Positions 57,107 to 64,000 of a DNA stretch of 64,000 nucleotides are shown here, piece after piece (the first letter of the stretch is position 1; every line of letters begins with the position of its first letter). The notes beneath the pieces are model-generated. The model made no database searches. It worked only from the letters and a program-made list of their open reading frames with translations, and was not told where the DNA came from. Origin of the DNA: a candidate division FCPU426 bacterium (GTDB taxonomy: Bacteria > Oederibacteriota > Muellerivitia > Muellerivitales > Muellerivitaceae). The stretch spans positions 32,001-96,000 of the forward strand of contig CAWKAR010000025.1 of NCBI GenBank assembly GCA_963847625.1. Direction: 5' to 3'. Position numbers and translations under genes: made by a program.

Positions 57107-58144
57107 ACCTTAAACTCCCAAGGCCATAGAACGCGCAAAGGAAGAAAATGGGAAACCAACGCCATCCATTATATTTTGAGAAATGAAACTTATACTGGGG
57201 TTTTGATCTTTAATAGGGCTCATAAAAATTCAGTAAAACCCATAGAACGTCCTGAAAGCGAAACAATCCGCATTGAAAATGCCCACCCCGCCATTATTGA
57301 CAGAAAAACTTTTCTTTCTGCCCAGTTTTTCATAAAGCTAAGAAGTCCTAAGGTTGTTCACCCGCGAACTATCCATAGCGACTATATTCTAAGCAGTTTC
57401 CTTTTATGTGGAGAATGCGGTTCTCATATGGTTGGAACTACCGCCAAGGGTTCTAAATTTTTTTATTATTCCTGCCGGAATCACTTAAGAAGGGGTTCTC
57501 ATGGATGTGGGCAAAAATCTATCAACAAGGCCAAACTTGAAGAAATGGTTTTCACGCAACTTAGAAACCGCATTTTGACTGAAGAAAATATCTCAGAGTT
57601 AGTCAAACTGATTAATAAAGACCTTTCAGCTTATAAACGCGATTATTCAAATCTTTTGAAAGAAAATGATTCCCGAATTTTAAAAGCCAGGGAAAGCCTT
57701 CAAAAACTTTACTACGCCCTTGAAACTGGAAAGCTTGACCTTGATGACCTTGCCCCAAGAATCAAAGAATTGCGTTCTCAAATTTCCCAATTAGAGCAGG
57801 AAAAAACCAAGATCGAATCAGAGGCAAATGAGCCAACCTTGGAAATAAACGCCTCGGAAATCGGCCCTTACGTTGAAGATTTGCGGGGACTATTGGAGAA
57901 AGGCACCATTACAAAGCGGAAAGGTTTCTTAAAGTCTTTTATAAAGCAAATTGAATATAGCCACCAAAAAGGCGGCTCTATTGAATACACCATTCCTCTT
58001 GTGAAAAAACCTAATAACGAATTATCAAATATTGAAGTTCTGCCTATTAACCAAAATGGCGGGGTTGACGGGGCTAGAACACGCTTTCTCGCACCTGACA
58101 AACAAAATTTTCAGATGAACCAACTTCTTATTCCTGGGTTCTGA
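57107..58144 (+). pseudogene. Large serine recombinase, N-terminally truncated by IS3
   Basis: Recombinase domain (W....I..ILRNETYTG...HPAII), Zn ribbon (LSSFLLCGECG...YYSC...C) and coiled coil; the catalytic resolvase domain is absent. Confidence 0.88.
58057..58101 (-). other. Degenerate tRNA-Asp-like 3' fragment (putative att site)
   Basis: Minus strand ..TTGTCAG-N10-GCGTGTTCTAGCCCCGTCAACCCCGCCA resembles anticodon loop (GTC), T-loop and acceptor end with CCA; no 5' half. Confidence 0.55.
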
Positions 58145-58262
58145 CTTGGTTTTTCTCTTCCGCACGCCAACGTTTGGAAACTTCCGCCTCGATGCCGGCA
58201 TGGTCATTAACCAGGAAATGCCATTACACAGACCTCATAGGTGATCGGTACGTGGTGAATCA

Positions 58263-59651
58263 TTAGATGTTCCCAAGATCGATATCCACCCACGAGGGCG
58301 TCGGGGTGACCGTCGGCTGGGGCGAAGAAGCCTTTTGGGTTTCGGGGGATCCCCTCAAAAAGACCGCGAAATAACCCGCTTCCCCATTCGAGAAAGCCTC
58401 GGCGGGATAATTGGTCTGGATTCCGCTGTTCACCGCCTTGGAAATCCACGCAAGCGACGACCGGATGGCGTCGAGCCGGTAAAAGTTGGGGATCAAGTCG
58501 AAGGACCGCTTCACATAATCCTTGTAGGACTTAAATTGGTAAGGCCCGGCGGGATCCGCGAAGGAGGCCGCAATGGGGGCATGGATATCCAGTAGCATCA
58601 TATTCTTGATCCCCATTTCCCGGCTGAGGGCCGCCAGAACGGAGGGGGGCGTATACAGGGTCCAAATCACCCCAAAGCGGTGGTGTTTGTCGGTGAATAG
58701 GTAGGACCGGGCCACGTCGTCATAAAAGGAACAAAAAGCATTGGGATACTCGTCCGGGCCCGGCTTGCCGTTTTCCACCACCATGAAGCGGTTTTGAACG
58801 AAGGTTTTTATTTTTTTCTTATCCGGCAATTTTCGGTAGGTGCCCAGGGCCATGTGTCCGTCCTGGTACAAGGTGAAGGTGGCCATCTCGGGCTGGGGCG
58901 GAAGGAAGGTCCGGGAATCAAAACGGAACCCGGCATAACGCATTTGTTTTTCCGGCACGCCCCAATTGACCACGTTGTCGACGCGGTCGAAGATGCCGTT
59001 GAGGATGCCCAGGAGCCCGGTGGAGTCCTGGATCAAGGCGTAATCGGTTTTCCCCCCATTCCTTTCCTCCCGGGTCGCCATAGGAAGCCATTCCCCCATG
59101 TGGGTCCGGTCCCCGCCCTTGAACTGGATTTTCCCGGGGTAATAAAGGCACCGGGCCTGCGCCTGGTCGAAGGAAAGGTAAAAAACCATGGCCCTCTCCC
59201 GCATCAGGCCCCCATTGTCCAAAAGAAGCTTTTTTCCCCTGGGACCCAAGCCCTTAAAGCCCTTGACCCTCGCGAGAAACCGCTTGAAATACTTTTTGCC
59301 CCCCGCGTGATACTTGACCCGAAACCCGGCGTAAACGGCGGTCGCGGCGGGGCTGTTGGCCTTGAAATCCACGGCGCATGGGGCCGCGAGCGGGAACCCT
59401 CTCTTGTTCGCCCGGGCCTGCCGTGCCCAATCCACGTGAAGGATGAAGGGCCGCTCCCTCCTGGTCAAACGCCTGGGATGGGGAATGCGGATTTTGGAAA
59501 GTCCCTCGTAAAGCCACTCCCCGGCTTTCTTGTAAAAATAGCCCCGGAATTCCGAAACTTCTTTCGCGCTTGCTTTCCCGGCAAGGAATTGGATGAGGCA
59601 AAACACCAGTGTCAAAAGGGCAAAGATGAAAATGATTTTATTTTTTTTCAT
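58263..59651 (-). CDS. Hypothetical secreted protein
   Basis: Signal peptide, 462 aa, overlaps the pbpC stop; no family recognised. Confidence 0.75.
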   Translation of the reverse strand: MKKNKIIFIFALLTLVFCLIQFLAGKASAKEVSEFRGYFYKKAGEWLYEGLSKIRIPHPRRLTRRERPFILHVDWARQARANKRGFPLAAPCAVDFKANSPAATAVYAGFRVKYHAGGKKYFKRFLARVKGFKGLGPRGKKLLLDNGGLMRERAMVFYLSFDQAQARCLYYPGKIQFKGGDRTHMGEWLPMATREERNGGKTDYALIQDSTGLLGILNGIFDRVDNVVNWGVPEKQMRYAGFRFDSRTFLPPQPEMATFTLYQDGHMALGTYRKLPDKKKIKTFVQNRFMVVENGKPGPDEYPNAFCSFYDDVARSYLFTDKHHRFGVIWTLYTPPSVLAALSREMGIKNMMLLDIHAPIAASFADPAGPYQFKSYKDYVKRSFDLIPNFYRLDAIRSSLAWISKAVNSGIQTNYPAEAFSNGEAGYFAVFLRGSPETQKASSPQPTVTPTPSWVDIDLGNI

Positions 59652-62007
59652 TCTCGATTTTCTTGTCGTAAACAAGGATATTCACTTTGTCCGCGCGGCC
59701 CTGGGAATCCAGCACCGATACTTCCCATTTCCCCTGTTCCGGGCTCCAGAAGAAAAGCTTATCCGGCTTTCCTTGCGCGATGAGCCGGCCATTCACGAAC
59801 CAGTAAACCTGGTCCACGTCGGGGCCGGCCTGGACCGATAACGTCATCCGCTGGCTTTCCAGGGGTATCCCCTGCTGGATCTCGTATTTCCCCTCGGATT
59901 TGGGCGATTGGATATGGGGCGTGAAGCGGGAGAAGAAATAAGCGCAATCCGGATTATGCCGGGGGATGGCCTCGAATTTTTTCCCGTGGCTCCTGAGATA
60001 CCGCGTCACGTCCGGTGGCCAGATCTCGAAAATTTTGGAGTAGTATTCCTCTGGCTTGCCCGTCATGCAATAACGGCAAACTTCCTTTCCGTCTTTTTTC
60101 CTGATCCAAACCCTTCGGTGGACCTGGCAGGGATGGTTGTCGCTGACGGCCGGGATGAACATATCCTCGATCACGTCCTTGCAATCGTCTCCGGCCGGCT
60201 GGCCCGAGAGGGCGCATATTTTGCGGAATTGGACTCCCGGCGGCCTCTGGAACCAGGAGTCATTGGAGCGGGTCAAGGCGTTGAAGAGATTGATGACCAC
60301 CGGGGCCGCGGCGTCGTGGCCGATCAAGGCGGGAGACCCCTGGTTATCCGTGTTGCCGAGCCAGACCCCGATGGTGTAATCCGGGTTATAGCCGACGCAC
60401 CAGGCGTCCCGGTGGCCGAAGGAGGTGCCGGTTTTAAAGGCCACCTTTCCGCGGGTGGGTGAAAATTCCCAGGAAGCGGGAATATCCGTTCTTTCCACCT
60501 TGGCCAGCATTTCGGAAATCATGTAGCTGGATTCCCGGGAAAGCACTTCCTTTCCCTTCTCCGGGCCTTGGGTTTCATCCTCAAAAAATCTCAGGCTTCT
60601 CATCTTCCCGCCGTTGGCCAGGGCCGCGTAAATCCGGACCATTTCCTCCACCGTCATGGGATAGGCCCCTAAAACCACCGACAGACCCGGTTCCAACTGG
60701 CCCCTTTCCCGCCCGATACAGCCGGCTTCCTTGATCCAAAATTCCAGGCCGTCGTTTCCTATGGATTCCAGGCTTGATTCCAACCCCACCGCGGGAATGT
60801 TCAAGGAGCGGGCCAAGGCGTCTTCCGCCGGAATGAGCCCCCCGTACTTCCCCTCGTAATTGGCCGGTTTAAAGCCGCCGTAATCGCGCGGGATATCGAA
60901 AAGCGTGGTCTTGGGTGTGATCAACCCGTGGTCCATCGCCAAGCCATACAGGAAAGGTTTCAAGGCCGATCCCGGGGAGCGGGGAATGTTGGCGCCGTTT
61001 ACCTGCCCACCCCTGGGGTCGTGGAAATCCGGGCTTCCCACGTAAGCCACCACTTTCATCGTGTGGTTGTCCACCATGATGACCGCGCCGTTATGGACCC
61101 CCTGGTTTCTGATGGGCGCTATGGCGCCTTCCAGCATTTTCAAGGCCAATCCCTGTAAATTGGGTTGGAGGGCCAGCTGGACCACTCCCGGGGCATGGCT
61201 GGATAGATGGGCCGCTCGAGCCACCAAATGGGGAGCCGGATTGGGATTCAAGTACCGGCCTTTGGGCAGGATGGAATGGAAAGCTTCCTCCGCCTCGATT
61301 TGGGGTGGCTTCACGATGGGAAGGATTTGCCCAAGGACCTTGTCCCTTCCCTCCCTCGCCTTTTCGGGGAACCGGTCGGGACGCCGCGCCGCGGGCGACC
61401 GGGGAAGGCTGATCAAAAGCGCGGTTTCACCCCAGGAAAGGAGCTTGGCCGGCTTGCCGAAATAAAGAAGCGACGCCGCACCCACCCCCTCGATGTTGCC
61501 CCCCATGGGAACGCTGTTCAGGTAGAACTCGAGGATCTGTTTCTTGGAATAGCGGGCCTCCAACTGCATGGCCCGGAAAGTCTCGATTCCCTTGGCCCAG
61601 AAGGTCCGGGGCCTGCGGTCCATCAGCTTGGCCACCTGCATGGTAATGGTGGAAGCCCCCGAGAGGATTTTATGGCGGGTCAAATTCAGGACGAGGGCCC
61701 GGACCAATGCCGCCGGATTCACCCCGTAATGCCAGTAAAACCACCGGTCCTCGTAGGCCATAAAACCCCGGATGACCTGGGGTGAAATTTCATCCAGTTT
61801 CAAGGGAAGGCGGTACTTGCCACTTTTGGAAAGGGTGAGCCGCAATAGGCTTCCGTCGGAGGCCAGGTAGGCCGTGGAATAGTCGCCGTGAAGTTTCTTA
61901 ACCGGAAGGGGCACAAGACGGAGAAGGACGTAAAACCCGGCCAGGCACAACAAAAAACGGAGGATGAACCGTTTGTGATTGCTAAAGGGCCATTTCATAG
62001 TTTGCAT
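59638..62007 (-). CDS. pbpC: Penicillin-binding protein 1C
   Basis: Transglycosylase EDRWF..H.GVNP and SGASTITMQVA; transpeptidase SPGSALKPF, SLN, KTGTS; downstream of alpha-2-macroglobulin. Confidence 0.95.
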   Translation of the reverse strand: MQTMKWPFSNHKRFILRFLLCLAGFYVLLRLVPLPVKKLHGDYSTAYLASDGSLLRLTLSKSGKYRLPLKLDEISPQVIRGFMAYEDRWFYWHYGVNPAALVRALVLNLTRHKILSGASTITMQVAKLMDRRPRTFWAKGIETFRAMQLEARYSKKQILEFYLNSVPMGGNIEGVGAASLLYFGKPAKLLSWGETALLISLPRSPAARRPDRFPEKAREGRDKVLGQILPIVKPPQIEAEEAFHSILPKGRYLNPNPAPHLVARAAHLSSHAPGVVQLALQPNLQGLALKMLEGAIAPIRNQGVHNGAVIMVDNHTMKVVAYVGSPDFHDPRGGQVNGANIPRSPGSALKPFLYGLAMDHGLITPKTTLFDIPRDYGGFKPANYEGKYGGLIPAEDALARSLNIPAVGLESSLESIGNDGLEFWIKEAGCIGRERGQLEPGLSVVLGAYPMTVEEMVRIYAALANGGKMRSLRFFEDETQGPEKGKEVLSRESSYMISEMLAKVERTDIPASWEFSPTRGKVAFKTGTSFGHRDAWCVGYNPDYTIGVWLGNTDNQGSPALIGHDAAAPVVINLFNALTRSNDSWFQRPPGVQFRKICALSGQPAGDDCKDVIEDMFIPAVSDNHPCQVHRRVWIRKKDGKEVCRYCMTGKPEEYYSKIFEIWPPDVTRYLRSHGKKFEAIPRHNPDCAYFFSRFTPHIQSPKSEGKYEIQQGIPLESQRMTLSVQAGPDVDQVYWFVNGRLIAQGKPDKLFFWSPEQGKWEVSVLDSQGRADKVNILVYDKKIENEKK

Positions 62008-62253
62008 TACAGCGTTTTTTTATGGGACAGGCTATCCTTTTTTCCCAATAGTTGTTAAATGAGCAATCCGCATATTACAGGGACAAGGAAATAACGTGCT
62101 TTGCCGCATTGACCTAACAGTTGAGATTCGCAAAGCTTTAAACAATATTTAGTGGACAAAGTAAAGTGCTCGAAATAAATCGTCTTTAAGCTTTGATGAT
62201 TCTTCTAATACGCCTACCCGTCTCGGACAAGTCCAAAATTCAATTCCCTCAAT

Positions 62254-62816
62254 TTAGTTCTCTTTTATCACAACAATAGTCCCTATCTTGCAATAAGTTT
62301 TAATTTCATCTATTTCTTCGTTTGTGACGGCAATACATCCCTTTGTCCAATCAATAAAATGATGCAAGAAACCTAACCATCCGAGACCCTTCTTGAGTCC
62401 ATGAATGCCTACAATGCCGCCTAATTTTGTATCACTCGGTGGAATTTTATGACTCTGTTGGGCTTTTATAATATTTCCAAATTCATTTTGATGAATAACT
62501 CCATCGTGAAAACCTTTCAGGGCATCCGCTTCATTGGGATAACTGAGATAAATAAAAAAATGAAAATCGCTGGTATTGTTCATCGCAACAACTCTATACA
62601 CCCCAACAGGCGTTTTATTGTCACCGGCAACTTGTTTGGCACCAGCGCCTCCTTTGCCAATCGAACACTTGTATTGTTTAAAAATTTGGCCGCCTTTTTT
62701 ACTTTAAGGGCATGTTCCGATTTAATGATTTCTAAAGAAAAATCCTTGGCGTAAATCAATCCATCAACTGAGTGTAAGAAAATTGAAAAGAAGAAAATAA
62801 ATTTAAGATATTTCAT
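62254..62816 (-). pseudogene. L,D-transpeptidase (YkuD) family protein, frameshifted
   Basis: Signal peptide plus LEIIKSEH.L in one frame; YKCSIGKG..G.K...GDNKTP.G.Y...LSYPN...IGIHG-like (VGIHG)...WTKGCIA in the -1 frame; the shift is at the A6 run, 62695-62700. Confidence 0.85.
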
Positions 62817-62853
62817 GGATGGTATTTTCAAGTTGGTATTTTTAGGGGCGCTT

Positions 62854-64000
62854 TTAATATTTCGCGGGAGCAATATTAAGCGTTTGGCCCTCGTTGGATC
62901 GCCCGAAGATTTCAGGGTCGTACATGGCTTCGGCCTCCAAACCAGGCACCTGGAACGATCCGGGCGTGACCGCCCGGACGCTGTAGGAGAAGGTCTGGTC
63001 CCCGTCCACGTCCTTCGAGAAGAGAAGAACCCGGTCATCCCTGAAATCCTGGAAGACCGGCGAGAAGCTGCATTCCGGCTCGAACGAAAGGTTGCCCCGC
63101 GAGGAAAGGCGCGGATTGTCCACCTCGAACCCGGCCGGCAGGAGATCCACCACCACCAGGTTGTCCAGCGGCTTGGTGCACTTCACGCGCAAGGTCACCA
63201 CCACCAATTGGCCCTGGGAAATCGACCCCAGGTTGATGGTATTCCCGTTCTCATCCCTGTACTCGCGGCTGACGGTCAGGCCATTCGCGACCGATTCCTT
63301 TTCCGATTTCAGCTTGGTGCCCTCGGCCATGAGATGGTAATAAAGGTCGCGGTCGCCGGTATTCTTCAGGTCAACGTCCTTGCCCGAAATCTTCTCGTCC
63401 TTCACCACCGCCGTCTCCCCGCTCAATTCGGCGGGGGCTTCCCCCTTCACGGACCATTGGGCGCTCAAGGGATAGTTCTGGGTGGTGGCCCGGACCGCCT
63501 TCCCAACAGCCATGAAACAGAGGGCGTCCTCCTGGGTCGTGCCGTACCAGCCGTGCCCGAATTCCTTCAGCTTCTTGCCGAACTCGATGATGAGCTTGGG
63601 GATCTCCGGGTTCTTGGGGTCCGCCTCGGTCATGGCCAAAAGGTAAAGGGCCATTTCCCGGTTGGGGGAGAACCAATCCCCGTTCATCAACCGGGCCAGG
63701 CTGGTGGGAAGGTAATGCGCGGGAAGAAGGGATAGGGCGGTCGTGCGATCGCCCAGCGCGGAATAGGCCCGGGACAGGTAACAGCGCTCGCTCAACCGGC
63801 GCGCCTTCGGGTCCTGCATCTGGTCCTTCATGGCGGCCATCGACTCGGGATCGGGCCGGTCGGCCAGGACTTTCAGGTAAAGCACGTAGGCGCTGTCCCC
63901 GATCTCGACGTTTTGCTTTCGGCGGTCCAGCCTCCCACCCCCTTGCCGGTGACCTTGATGGCCCCAAGCCGGTTCATGATCCTATCCAGGACATTCTCGT
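62854..64000 (-). CDS. Bacterial alpha-2-macroglobulin, C-terminal part (runs off window; apparent frameshift at ~63940)
   Basis: WYGTTQE, VVVDLLPAGFEVDNPRL, DFRDDRV, YSVRAVTPG.F..P...AEAMYDP; adjacent to pbpC. Confidence 0.93.

Noticed and set aside
58057..58130. Functional tRNA gene
   Set aside because: The T-loop is mutated (GTTCTA), the anticodon stem does not pair, and there is no D-arm or 5' acceptor strand; reported only as a remnant.
62105..62160. Integron attC site (ACCTAAC)
   Set aside because: No complementary GTTRRRY core or stem downstream and no integron integrase in the window.

Overview
A 64-kb stretch of a diderm bacterial chromosome, mostly minus-strand housekeeping genes. 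These include sufB with an Rrf2 regulator, gluconokinase, recO, yajQ, rodZ, lolA, ftsK, a GH2 beta-glucuronidase, pyrE/F/D/K, rfbDBAC, gatCAB, pcrA/uvrD, rplM-rpsI, speE, queF, a futalosine menaquinone cluster (ubiA-like, mqnE, mqnA, mqnC) and alpha-2-macroglobulin/pbpC. Accessory material comprises three near-identical 1055-bp IS30 copies, one IS3 element, an RHH-PIN toxin-antitoxin pair, and a decayed AT-rich island (~51.6-58.1 kb). The island holds a signal peptidase fusion, DUF5131 plus TcmP, and a truncated large serine recombinase running into a tRNA-Asp-like remnant. The least explained signals are four. (1) A ~0.9-kb multi-block, strand-biased repeat array at 22.9-23.8 kb. (2) Two 74-77-bp double-hairpin mini-elements (TGCC..GGTA-nnn-TACC..GGCA) with 2-bp target duplications, nested in a dispersed palindrome whose empty allele is also in the window. 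(3) A candidate structured leader RNA with a 13-codon uORF upstream of speE. (4) An Omp-alpha-like protein with a degenerate SLH domain, coiled coil and C-terminal anchor. All product calls come from motif recognition by eye; no database searches were run.
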